A stretch of 63,193 nucleotides of DNA, filler included, from Sluysia triapertura (lineage: Eukaryota): NCBI GenBank assembly GCA_046118255.1. It is 5 parts of 5 records of this genome, joined end to end, with 100 filler letters (N's around TTAATTAATTAA, not from the genome) between each part and the next. Parts side by side here need not be neighbours in the genome. Positions count along the whole stretch, not along the records: positions 1 to 14,009 come from JBJNIA010010098.1; positions 14,110 to 25,378 come from JBJNIA010186591.1; positions 25,479 to 38,953 come from JBJNIA010038478.1; 2 more parts are not named here. One strand, given 5' to 3'. Positions 13,754 to 25,707 of this stretch are shown one piece after another. Numbering within the stretch: position 1 is the first letter of the stretch; every line of letters begins with the position of its first letter. A model generated the notes under the pieces. It did not search any database and was not told where the DNA came from. It worked only from the letters and a program-made list of their open reading frames with translations. The translations under genes were made by a program, and so were the position numbers.

Positions 13754-14109
13754 ATCTAAATTATAAATATAACCCACTAAAATAAAATAATAATTATAAT
13801 TATTTTCAATGATGAATACTATTTATATTTTAATTAATAATCTGCACCTAGGTAGATATTAATTTTTAATATTTATTAAGTAACAAAACTATTGGTGACA
13901 ACATTGATAACAATAACAGTACTAACAACAATACAAATAAACGTAATATTAATAATAGTAATAATAATAATAATCATCATCATCATCATCATTATTATTA
14001 TTATTATTANNNNNNNNNNNNNNNNNNNNNNNNNNNNNNNNNNNNNNNNNNNNTTAATTAATTAANNNNNNNNNNNNNNNNNNNNNNNNNNNNNNNNNNN
14101 NNNNNNNNN

Positions 14110-14180
<71 letters not shown>
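14110..14180. repeat. (TTA)n microsatellite at a gap edge
   Basis: Visible run. Confidence 0.95.
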
Positions 14181-14181
<1 letters not shown>

Positions 14182-14239
14182 AACTAAATATCTAAGTAAT
14201 TAAATGTTATAAAGTCTGAATACGCCTTGGAAATAATAA

Positions 14240-15510
14240 ATAAATGTGTAGACCAAAATTGGAACGCTACGACAATCATGGATGTCTGTTGGTAAGAGTA
14301 AGACCTGCAGAAACAGAGGAATTAATTTGTAAGTCAAATACATTACTGTTGTTTCATGAGCTACCAAGTGAGATGTTATATGATGATGTGGGACAAATTG
14401 GAGCGCACACGCATTACGAAGACTGTGAATTTATTGCTTATTTTATCATACTGGAATCCATAGATACATATATCAATGTTATTCCATATTCTTTGCATTT
14501 ATAGTGCATCTCACAGTGCATTACAATCATTTATACGATATAACATAGGACAGAGGTCGCGAAGTGGAATTGAAGAATTTACTGGCCACAGTGTAATTTC
14601 TGAAATAATTGAAGACACAGCTAGAAGTATATGGAACCAAATCATTTCAATGTGGTTCCACCAATCATTGATGAATACTTTTTGATTGGTAAATACTGAC
14701 ATCGATTACTTACTGTAATAAGTAGAGTGTCTAAACTAAAACATAAACCTTGTTGTGTCGCATATTTTATTAATAAATACATTTTAGTGTATTTTTTACT
14801 TTATTTGAGGACAATGAATGAGGTCTTGCTTAAACAGCACGAATTAATACTGTAAATCGAGTGGCTGTGATGTGTGGATGGAGTATTGCGACGATNNNNN
14901 NNNNNNNNNNNNNNNNNNNNNNNNNNNNNNNNNNNNNNNNNNNNNNNNNNNNNNNNNNNNNNNNNNNNNNNNNNNNNNNNNNNNNNNNNNNNNNNNNNNN
15001 NNNNNNNNNNNNNNNNNNNNNNNNNNNNNNNNNNNNNNNNNNNNNNNNNNNNNNNNNNNNNNNNNNNNNNNNNNNNNNNNNNNNNNNNNNNNNNNNNNNN
15101 NNNNNNNNNNNNNNNNNNNNNNNNNNNNNNNNNNNNNNCAGTCTAAACTGGCTCACATGAACGAATAAATAATGCTTGTATAAAAGACATTCGTGCAGTT
15201 CAGAAAACGTTGTCTTAAATACATAAATAAAGGAAGAATTCTTTGAAAGTAAAATGTTTATACTTTCTGATCAAGTAAGACAGATTGGAAGGAGTCGGTG
15301 GAAGAATTCGTACTGGATAGCATTTCCTCACAGGTAATTACATGTCGAAGATCATTTGTATATTTGTACGTTTGAAAGAGCGTTGACCAAGGCAGAAGAG
15401 TTAGAAACAATAAGCTTCATCGAATAAGAGAGTGGCGGCTCAAATGTGCGGAGGACAGTGATTCAGATGTGGATGCAGTTAGGGCAAGTTTCGAACAGAC
15501 TAATCAGATA
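14240..15510 (-). mobile_element. Decayed retroelement-like coding remnant (contains an N-gap)
   Basis: GC-richer and C-rich on the minus strand, with many stops. A weak RT-like stretch (KYATQQGLCFS); no decisive motif. Confidence 0.25.
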
Positions 15511-17114
15511 GAGGCTCTAACTTTCATAAGAATAAGATGAAATACAATATAAATTATTTTTAAAATATTATAGATTTGAATGTGTTTATCTNNNNNNNNN
15601 NNNNNNNNNNNNNNNNNNNNNNNNNNNNNNNNNNNNNNNNNNNNNNNNNNNNNNNNNNNNNNNNNNNNNNNNNNNNNNNNNNNNNNNNNNNNNNNNNNNN
15701 NNNNNNNNNNNNNNNNNNNNNNNNNNNNNNNNNNNNNNNNNNNNNNNNNNNNNNNNNNNNNNNTTATTATTATACTTTTTATTACCATTATTATTATCAT
15801 TATTATCATAATCATTATATTATTATTATCATCATTACTATCGTTATCATTATTATTATTATCATTATTATTCAAATAAGACAGTTCTTTGTTGCTTCTT
15901 CATCAAAAATGTAAACATCACACACAGAGTCCTGTCAATTGAACCATCTTCAATTCAGCCTTCTTTGCAACTATCTGAATTGCATTTCTGCATTGTATTT
16001 CTGCCAAAAGCACAATTATCATCATGACAACGGAACCGTGTTTTGTGAATTTTTAATTATGCAAACAATGCCTAATGAAATTACACTAAAAGGAAATAAT
16101 TAATTCTGAGACACATTGTTCCTTGTAAATATTTTATTATCGTCGATAATGATGATGCATCCATCGCTGTTTATACAAATTAAAATTTATTTATTTATTC
16201 TGCATTATATTTTACATTTTATAAATTATTTATATTTTACTTTCTTCATGTTTATCGTGAACCATCTACAGATCCACACCAATGTAGACTAAAAATGAAT
16301 ATTCTTTCGATATGAATCTCTTTTAGCGTTATTTTTTAATTTTCGTCCAGTCGAGCCTGAAACAGACAGTTTGATGTTTATATACAGTTTCTTATTTATT
16401 ATCTGTATCCATGGTTATTGTAATTCACATTCCTTGATTCTAATTATGTATTTTCTTCTGCATTTTTATTTCTTTATCGATTACGAAAGATGATGATGGT
16501 GATGACGATAATGATGATAATGATGATGTCTTGTTTGTATCTGATGCATACTTTGTTATTTAAAGATGTTTCTGAAGATACTGTTGCAGTTTTCTTATCC
16601 GTTTTTCGATATTTAGATATTTCGGATCTTGTAAAGTGTGCACCGAATAAAAGTGAGAAATTATTCATTATTTGGTTTTTTAACTCGTAACCTACGACAA
16701 AATATTATTTTTGAGCAAGCTCCGGTTGCAGCAAACAGGAACTGTGACTTTATAAGCTGATATTTTATCTGAATGGAAATTCTCAAATGTAATTTTTACA
16801 ACTTTTAATAACTTATTCTTTAACTTTTGATAATTAAATTGACACAAAATAACAAAACAGAAAACAGAGCGTTTAATGTAATAACTATATTATTGTAAGT
16901 ACGTGTTGCCCTTCATTATATCGCGGATTTAATAACTGGATGTGATCCTGACAGTACATAATTAACCAATGCATGGAATTGTAGATAAAATCGAATTGTT
17001 GTCTGTGAATATTGTCCAAGTGTGAAGGGACTGTTACTTGTGAACGGATTACCAAACTTTCACAAGAATTAAAACGGTGATGCTACAAATTTGATGCAAA
17101 ATTATACCAAATTC

Positions 17115-17230
17115 AAAATGGCGATTGTTCACTAAACTGGTTCTAGTCATCATCCAATAGAAATCGATGGAATATTAATTTTTTTAGAAGCGAATTTTCT
17201 TTTTTCGAAAAATAATTTTCTTTTCACACG
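17115..17230 (-). mobile_element. Family 2 internal fragment
   Basis: AAAATGGC...AGTCATCATCCAAT.GAAATCGATGGAAT...TTTTAGAAGC matches about 12260-12400. Confidence 0.65.
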
Positions 17231-17362
17231 ATTTTCTGAAAGCGACATGAACTCTACTTTTCCTTCCATTATTATTTCTGCTATTTTCCTTATATTCTTC
17301 TGCAAAAATTGACGAATTAGTAGATAATTCTAGAATAAGTTAATATTGTAATTGTTTGACAG

Positions 17363-17486
17363 GTCACAATGTGTAATATAGAAGACACTTGCCAGGCAAT
17401 CAGCAATCCCAATCCGTGCATTGATGGGAGAAAGGCTAACGTCAATTTGGCCGTACTGGGAGCCAAACCTAGAGTTTTTCCAGGAG
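17363..17486 (+). CDS. RBM24: RBM24/RBM38 (SUP-12-like) RRM exon
   Basis: After an AG acceptor it encodes [37 protein letters not shown], matching the RBM24/38 motif [22 protein letters not shown]. A 43-nt GT-AG intron (17487-17529) may follow, then a stop. Confidence 0.85.
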
Positions 17487-17629
17487 GTTATTCACATTAT
17501 ATTTCTGATTGTTGTATTTCCATTTTCAGCATTAAATTGATGTTTATAAATTGATGACGTGCGACGCATTGTACAAAAGATTCCTAAAGAGAAAAAAAAC
17601 TTATTATTTCATTAATTTTATCCTCAATT

Positions 17630-17856
17630 TCATAAATTGTGCCATTAATATAATAGTTTATAATAATGATATTAAATTTTAATTTAATGATATTGAAAAG
17701 ATAAGGGGGTTATCTTTAGGTAATTAGAAAGATAATTAAATTGGACACAGACGGAAATTACTGTCGAAATTCAATCAATAAAATTAGTGGGTTTATCACC
17801 GATTCAAAAGAATGGACAGTTTTAATTTCCGTCTTGTTCAATTTTCAATTTTCAGT
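17630..17856 (+). mobile_element. Small inverted-repeat element (family 3, MITE-like), uninterrupted copy
   Basis: AAATTGGACACAGACGGAAATTA (17738-17760) pairs with TAATTTCCGTCTTGTTCAATTT (17823-17844). A homologous copy is split into 8010-8070 and 10659-10840. Confidence 0.7.
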
Positions 17857-17973
17857 TTCTCAAATGATCGTAAAAGCAGAAAACTAGAAACAAAATAACA
17901 AGAGAAAAACAATGAAGAAACCGAAAACGTTTTAGCTTTAGGAACTCTGCTTCATTTCATCTGTGGATAAAGG

Positions 17974-20579
17974 TGTGGTGGCCAATCTATTACCTTAAAA
18001 AATTTTATTAAAAATATATCTTAAATATTTTACACATTTTCAAAAATTCATCAAAACATTCTTTTTACATAAGTTTTTGCCAACATAACACTCACTCCCA
18101 AAATCTGTAACTCACATTTCAAATTCACAACTAACACAAAAATAATTAAAATCATATTCGTTTCAACACCACAGAACTTTGTAAAATTCGTCACAACCGT
18201 TTTATATCTTATTCTTTTCAGATCAACCAAAATAAACTCTCATTTTTCAAAACATTTCAAATCTTCAACCTTATAACATTCAAATCTACAACCTCAACAT
18301 TTAATACCATCAAATTACACTAAGTGATTTATCAAAAATATTCTACTCGACATTTCATGACAATCAAACAACAACCACATTCGAAATTAACCACCAGATA
18401 TCTTCAAACTAATTCAAACATTCTAAATTCATGATCTGTTGTCATTTTGGCCCAAACATCACAGAAGATAATATTACTGAAATACATCAAGAAAATAAAT
18501 CATATTTTTAACATTGTATAATCATCTTTCGAACATACTAAAAGTTAGACTATAATTTACCTTTTTTTACATTCACTAAACCACACTCTTCTCAATGTAT
18601 CTTTAGGTCACAATCTCCTAATATTCAAACATTTGTTATTATTATTATCACCATTTTTAATTTTTATCATTTTTGTTTTCAATTATTTTATTTCAATTAA
18701 TTTGGTAACTACCACTACCAGTGGTGACTGCATTAATTCACAATGACAGTCAACGTCATCACTGATAGTGGTTTGCACCTCAATCATTTGGTTTCTCATT
18801 GTTCGTTTTATCTGTTTCTATTGGCCATCCAACGAGAACAAGCATTACTCTCGTCATCATTTCAACCCTTCTGGTTGTATGACCAATCAATAATCACTGT
18901 AGCTCAAAAATTTTTCATAACCACCAATTTTTATTTACTTAAATTTTTATGCACAGTAAACAATTTTGAAAATATTTTAACAATAATTAAGGAATTTAAC
19001 AAATTTCTACAAATATTACATTTGATCTTTCTGAAACTCGTTACGTATTTATTGAAAAAATCGGTATATATGCCTTTGTACAGTACGTAAAGTGAATGAT
19101 AAATTTAATTGTCAATATTATGTTATTAAAAAGATTCGAAATCCGTTTAAAAGTAAAATGACTTTAATTAGAAGTATATCCGAGATTAAAACTATTGATC
19201 ATTTCAACCATCCAAACATTATTAATATTATTGATATATTTCTTAAACAAACTTCTAATTTAAATAAAACATTTGATTTCTACGCAGTATTTAATGGAAT
19301 TGAAAATATTTGCATCGTATAATATCATCTAAACAAGAACTTTCTGATGATCATATTCGTTATTTTATGTATCAAATATTTTGTGGCCTTAATTACATTC
19401 GTCTGCAATGATGCACAAGGACACAATGATATCTGCTAATATTCTTGTAAGTAGTAGTTGCCTGATAAAGATAACTGATTTTGGAATGGCAAGGTCAGTT
19501 GAACCAATAAATCCAATACGGGTTTCTGATTCAACTTCTAATTATACACTTCAAGATGTTCTAAAGATGATAGATGAATTTCGACAATTAAAAGGTTATT
19601 ACACAATACTCCTATTTATAATATTGATGTACAAATTAAGGAACATATGTTTTTAGTACGCTTGAAAGTCTTCCAAGAAATTATTTACATGTTAACTGAT
19701 GTAATCAGAAAAAGGTACAACTTATGCAGATTCAAATTGATAAAGTCTTGCCTAGATGAACAATTAGAAAACGATGATGAGAATGGTGCTATTAGTGATG
19801 AGTTTAATGATAATTTTGAATATATAATGCTGGAATCGCAAATGGTATTATTAGTACGTTTATTTAATTTTATGTTTATTTTTAAACCGATATACAGCAA
19901 TAAAACATGTCACTTTGAAAAATGATGTTTCACCTCTTGCAGACTTGATTCATAAAGGAAATATGATTCCTAAAGGTTTTAAACTACGCATCCCAAATAT
20001 TAATGATTTGGTTACATAATCTATTCTCAGTGAAATGATCTTAGACGACGTTATTTGTATGATGGGACAAATTAAAGTAATGCGTTCTAATAATATATTT
20101 GAACATGAAGAAAAAATTTGTGAAATTAATTTAAATGGTTTAGTTTTGGTTGTTTGCGATATATTTGAATTACGCAATGAACTCTATATTACTTTCGATG
20201 ATCGGCACAATTTTTGGACATTAACAAGATATTTGAAATCGACCTATGAAGCTATTGAACGAAATTTTTTTCAAGAAATGACTAAGAGTTTTAATAAAAC
20301 TAGTTTGGAGACGATTGAAAAGGATGAAGATGAACCTAAAGTAATTACATTTTACACTGAAAATAATGATACCATAATTTTTTATTTCTGTTTAGATAGC
20401 GGAGCGGGAGAAATACGTGTCACATCACACATTATATATACGTATTAAATAAAATTTTTGCAATTTTTATTTATTAAATGTTTGTCGTAAGCTTTAAAAT
20501 AAATCTCAAATATGTTTGTCATTTCTTTATAATAATAAGTTAATTTGTAATGAAAATCGTTAAAATATAACTTAAAATA
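17974..20579 (+). mobile_element. Family 1 cargo element, copy C
   Basis: TGTGGTGGCCAA start, G-poor leader, inverted repeats at 18711-18772 and 18820-18887, kinase cargo, intron 20341-20395, end AACTTAAAATA. Collinear with copy E. Confidence 0.85.
19050..19494 (+). pseudogene. MAPK7: MAP kinase (ERK5/MAPK7-like) N-terminal fragment, frameshifted
   Basis: VIKKIRNPF...EIKTIDHFNHPNIINIIDI, LHRIISSKQELSDDHIRYFMYQIFCGLNYI and ANILVSSSCLIKITDFGMAR lie in three frames. DFGMAR is typical of ERK5. Kinase homology stops before the TxY loop. Confidence 0.8.
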
Positions 20580-20616
20580 TAATTAATTTATATACGAAAG
20601 ATAAATATGTAGATAC

Positions 20617-20778
20617 GTTTCGTGCATCATTTTTTTCTAAATACGTTGAGGATATTATTCCAGATGACCAAACAAAAGATTCGAAATATGTATTAGAGGA
20701 TAATAAATCATATATTTTGAATTGTAGAATCGTTTTAAAGATTTTTGATTCAAATTTTAAAATATTAGTATAGTGCAC
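20617..20778 (-). CDS. Possible exon of a METTL21-like lysine methyltransferase (Methyltransf_16)
   Basis: AG/GT-bounded 162-nt exon encoding FESFVWSSGIISSTYLEKN, resembling VWDAAIVLSTYLE. The next exon (VLELGAG motif) was not found. Confidence 0.4.
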
Positions 20779-21252
20779 CTAGAATATATTGTAATTCTGC
20801 CAAATCTGATAAATATCAAAGCTGACTATAAATTAACTTTACATAAATTTGGTGGGAATAGAATCTACTATAATTATAATTCATGGTACAATTTGGTTAT
20901 GTATAATTAATAATTCGTATAATCATAAGAAAGGAACATGAGGATTTGTTAAATTCTCAGAGTGGCCACAATTAAAGTTTATTGCCTTTAATTATTGTTC
21001 GTTTTGATTCTTTGAGAGATTGTAGGTTTCAGTAAATAGACAATATTTAAAAACATATTTTAAGTGTATTTTATGATTTAAATAATAAGTAAACTTTTTT
21101 TCAATTGACTAAAATTTCAAATTGGAAGTAATAAAATAGTTTCTTTTAAGAAACCATTTGTTTTCCGAAGAAAGTATTTTCCATCTTGACCAGAAATTGT
21201 GAATATTTCGTCAAAAGAAATCAATATTTTTACTGATTTCTGACAAATCATT

Positions 21253-23582
21253 TGTAGTGGCTAACCTTTTCATTTAAAATTCAAATCATTATTCAACATG
21301 ACACGTCACATCTACTAACATTTTACATCTTTACTTTTTCGGTTCCATTAAAACCTTGTTACATCTCAAAACATTGTAAATCCACAATATCGTAACATTA
21401 AAATTATACTTTCATTCAAAACCATTAAAGTACATTTCAAATTTTATCTAAAACATTTTAAGTTCACAATATTTCTACACTCAACCATTAATATCATTCA
21501 CAAACGTCAAATTCACATTCCAAAATCATTATAAAACATAATCAAAATGTATTTATTTGATATGCATTATTTCTTTTCAACATTCTTTCACAAATTCTTT
21601 TCACATTTCAATTTTCGTTATCGTATAAGCATTTTTTGTAAAAAGAATATAAGAATTAGAACAAGTATGCTTTTTCAAATCATTTAAAGAAAGAAAAGAA
21701 TTTTATTTAAGTTAATTTTATTTATCTTTCAAAGAAAAGAATTTTAATTCAAGAGATTAATGTTTAAAAGAATTTTTATGTTTTCCGGAAAGGTACAGAG
21801 AAAGATTTAAGAGTTTCTGCATTATGATTTTCTTTATTTTTATTATTATTATTATCATTTATTTATATTATTAGTTTTATTATTATTATATTATTATTAT
21901 TTATATTCGTCTAAACCAAATAATCATCAATTTTTGTTACCAACACTATCACTTGCGATTTTAACCTGTCATCAGGTGACAGTTTTTAATTTAATACCCT
22001 GAAGAAAATTTTCTAGCTGTCAACTGATGACAACTGCCAGGTTCAGTTGCATTATTATCAAAATTTTATAATTGTTGAAGTATGTAATGGTTATTGGTAA
22101 TTGGCTAACGAATAAAAACAAAGTAAGAGCGAATCTTGATGCAAAGAGTTAAAAATACTTCACAATACAATTACAATTAAAAAAGTTAAAAATTAAAACG
22201 TAGCAGATATTAAATATAGCGTAAAATCATTTTCGATAAAGAAAAGAGAAAACATCGAAATTTAATCTTATCAGAAGTTAAATTTGTATTTTACCAGATC
22301 TAGATTCATCGTAAAAATTAAAAAATTAGTTTATAGTGGAAATATTGTGAAAATTAGCATTCAATGATATCCCAATCACCCGATGTGGAATCAACTTAAA
22401 CCTAAATTAGTAAAACAGTTTTTTGTGGGTAAATTAGAATATGAAATTTATCTACGTGAACACATCATATTGTTACCAGGCAAATATATTTTCCTTAGTG
22501 TTAGAAGTCACATGGAAAGTTATTTACAAAAATTTAAATAATTGGTATAGAGAAGTGATGCAACATTATTCAGATATACCTTATATTCGCATAGTCAATA
22601 AAGTTGATATATCAAAAAATAAGTTTACTCTTTTAAATAATCCTGTTCCTGAGCATGCTTCCTGTCATCGAAAACAAAATTACACTAACTTAATTTCGTT
22701 CAAAAATGAAAGTTTACAAATGTTCTTCAAAAATGGTTATCTTGATGTCAATAACTTATCCAAATCATGAAGGTATTAATTTTAAATTAAAATTAAATGA
22801 TGAAATGTATATTCAAATCATACCAAATATACAAAGAATCGTCTCGTAATTATCATGCTTTTGATAAAGTTGATATAATAGAATTCATCTTCAATTATGT
22901 TTTCAAAGATCTTCGTTTTAGTCTATCATCAGCTATATTTCAACAAAACTTATATGTTCAGTACTTACCATCACGAAAGAACATGATTATAGATAACGAA
23001 GTCAATTACCAACATAATATGACTACTGATTCTAAGTTGAAATGTTCAGAAACAGAAATGTTTTGCACAATGTCCATCGCAATTAGATGAATTTGGAATA
23101 TGTATCAAGTTTGGTACTTTTTGTCATTATGCCCATAACGTTTTCGAGATAAGTTATGACTCTGTGCTTAATGTGATTGATGATATACATTTACGATGCC
23201 TTAATGGTCTAATTTCATCCTTGCAAAAGTATGGAATCAATTCTAATCTACAATCCAATAAATTCAAAACTCAAAATTCGGATAACAAGGTAATTGAAAA
23301 CAATGTTAATGAACTTAGACTTGAAAGAATCTGATAGTCTGAAATATAAATTCCAGTTGTGTAGTATAATCAATTTAACAAACTATAAACATTTTTTTAG
23401 AATTTTTGATTAAAGCCTTTTATAATAAATTTATGCATATATTGTTTGCAAATTTGCAAAAGAAAATCAAATTTGAATTTTTCAAAGCCAAATTAAATAT
23501 ATCTATAGTTAGATTAATAATCATTAATTATTTCAATTACTTATACTTTAATAACGAAAATTTTAAAACAGAACTTAAAACA
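21253..23582 (+). mobile_element. Family 1 cargo element, copy D
   Basis: TGTAGTGGCTAACC start, G-poor leader, ATT tract, inverted repeat 21967-21982/22017-22032. The end AACAGAACTTAAAACA aligns with the end of copy C. Confidence 0.75.
22441..22613 (+). pseudogene. RABL2: Small GTPase fragment, RABL2-like
   Basis: KFIYVNTSYCYQANIFSLVLEVTWKVIYKNLNNWYREVMQHYSDIPYIRIVNKVD aligns with RABL2 RFQSMHASYYHKAHACIMVFDVQRKVTYRNLSTWYTELREFRPEIPCIVVANKID. G4 NKxD present; G1-G3 absent. Ran is the alternative call. Confidence 0.65.
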
Positions 23583-24849
23583 TTAAACTATCGCTTAAAT
23601 CATGTCCAGTGTAGTAGAGAGAATTTTTATATTTCCTGTACTAATATTATTTTTCAGTATCAATATTATATTATATTAATTATTATTTATGTACCACCTA
23701 ATACTATATTAATTTTTGTAATTTATATAAGTAATATTTAATATTTTATTATATTATTATTTCGTACATTTCCAAGGAGTTGTGATGACAAAAAATTAAA
23801 ATTAAAGTTGTAATTTAAAACTAATTATAAATTAAATAAAATCAAATTAATTAAATCAAATGAGTGCTCTCAGAGACTCAAAAAAATGAGCTTAAAAAAC
23901 TCGAAATTAAAACGCAATACTTCGAAAAAACAAAATAGGATGTCAAGAGCATGAAATAGAATTTATCGTATTTAAATAACGAGCAGTGGAGGCTAGGGAT
24001 TAAGCGAAGTACAGTAGGGATGAAAAAACGTAAAATTTTACAGAAAAATGAAAAAACTTTAAATACCTGATCGAAAGTGTAGTTTACGTTAATGTTAAAT
24101 TTTTAAATGTCATTTAACTGTTACACTTTGTTTACAAGTTTAAATGTCAACGATAACGAATTATGCAAAGTTTAAAAGGTCATTCATATATTATTTGAAG
24201 TTTCGAAAGTTCTCTGAAAGAATTTTTATAATAAGAATGTAACTATATCATATTCTAAATTCAAGATAAATTTTTTATTTCACTGCAAGCTTCCTCACGA
24301 TTATAACTTGTTCACGAAGTGTCGAAAAACTGAACTTCACGTCATTATATAGGCGGTCACGATATTACGGACATGCAGCATCTTTCTAGATTATTTTCCT
24401 GTTCTGTCGAACACCACTTGCCATTCCGATATAGCAAACCATTTATCAAGCTCTTTTGTGCTTGTATTTTCTATAAGAGCCACACATTATAAATGGTGTC
24501 ATACAAACTTTATATGGAAATCTCGGTAACTTGCGAAAGTAATGTGAATGAACTTTGTGCATACGATTTATTTTAAGAATCATTTCGTAAAGAGATTCTG
24601 ATACCATTTTTCGAGTAGAATCCGAGTATTCTTTTAAATTATTTTGCGAAGATTTTACCTAACTTACGCTATGTAAAATTAATCTGAAGTCGAGTCCACC
24701 TAATAGATACGGTTTATATCTGGCCGAAGGCGGTCTATTAGAATTTTAAATATATTTAAAGAACTAAACTGGTCAAGAAAGAGTGTAATCCTACTCTTAA
24801 TCAACTATCAACTTATCGATTAATATGTCACGTGAATTTACGCTGTAGT

Positions 24850-25230
24850 GAGTAACGTTAAACTAGCCAAATTATAGTCTAGTCGTATGAGCAATTAAGC
24901 TAGCCGAGTATGGTCTGGCAAATTCAAGAAAATTTTATGTAATTTAAACTTTAAACTAGCCTTAGTAAGGTCTAGTAAATCTTTTACTGATTTTAGATAT
25001 TAACATTAAAAAAATTCCTCAAACTGTCTAAATATTTATTCGATACAAGATTAACAAAATAAACACGATATAACAAAATAAAAATTGTATAATAATAATA
25101 TGGATTTTGACAAATTTCTTAAGATAAAGTTAATTATTATTAATTATTAATAATTAAGTTTGGTCTTAGTTTAAGCAAGCCAGTTTATGGTCTTGCATAA
25201 GAATGTTATATTAAGTATGAGTTTAAACTT
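24850..25230 (+). repeat. Short dispersed subrepeats TAAACTAGCC...TA(T/A)GGTCT
   Basis: About five imperfect units (24859, 24896, 24952, 25171, 25204); the same motif recurs at 34725-34775. Confidence 0.55.
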
Positions 25231-25707
25231 TCCTAATTATGGTAAAGTTTGAAGCTTATAAATATCGAATTACTTTTAATCATGGAAGTTGTGGTAATTT
25301 CCAAATTCCAAGTTATTCTCCACGGACGGTAGTTTAAAAATCTAATATTTATTTACTTGTCAAAATTTCAATAAAAACNNNNNNNNNNNNNNNNNNNNNN
25401 NNNNNNNNNNNNNNNNNNNNNNTTAATTAATTAANNNNNNNNNNNNNNNNNNNNNNNNNNNNNNNNNNNNNNNNNNNNAGATTATAGAATAAAATTGGCT
25501 ATGTGGTGAAATTAATTATATAGTATATTTTTGGCTATATTGTTACATCAATGAAAAATATTTTGTAATATTTTCACTGTAAAAGACAAAGAAAAGTCTT
25601 ACTTATTTATGTCTTATCGTGAAAATTAAATTTGAGTTTTAGTTGGAAATGTCATACTTAGAATTTTATTTGGATAGATTATATATTTGGTTTTGAGCAC
25701 TTGGGAT

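Noticed and set aside
14054-14065. TTAATTAATTAA inside N-runs (also 25423-25434, 38998-39009, 50908-50919)
   Set aside because: Identical six-frame-stop spacer centred in gaps; an assembly artefact.
14830-15914. ORFs spanning N-gaps
   Set aside because: Composed mostly of X and microsatellite sequence.
15900-16030. EGF-like Cys pattern on the minus strand
   Set aside because: Short, contains a stop, and the Cys spacing is incomplete.
17974-20579. Family 1 as Helitron/Helentron
   Set aside because: No TC...CTRR ends or terminal hairpin, and copy B shows a target duplication, which rolling-circle elements do not make. Not fully excluded because TSDs are unclear in the other copies.
24170-24720. 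Decayed coding-like stretch (similar ones at 30380-30760 and 34140-34600)
   Set aside because: Probably old transposase remnants; no diagnostic motif readable.
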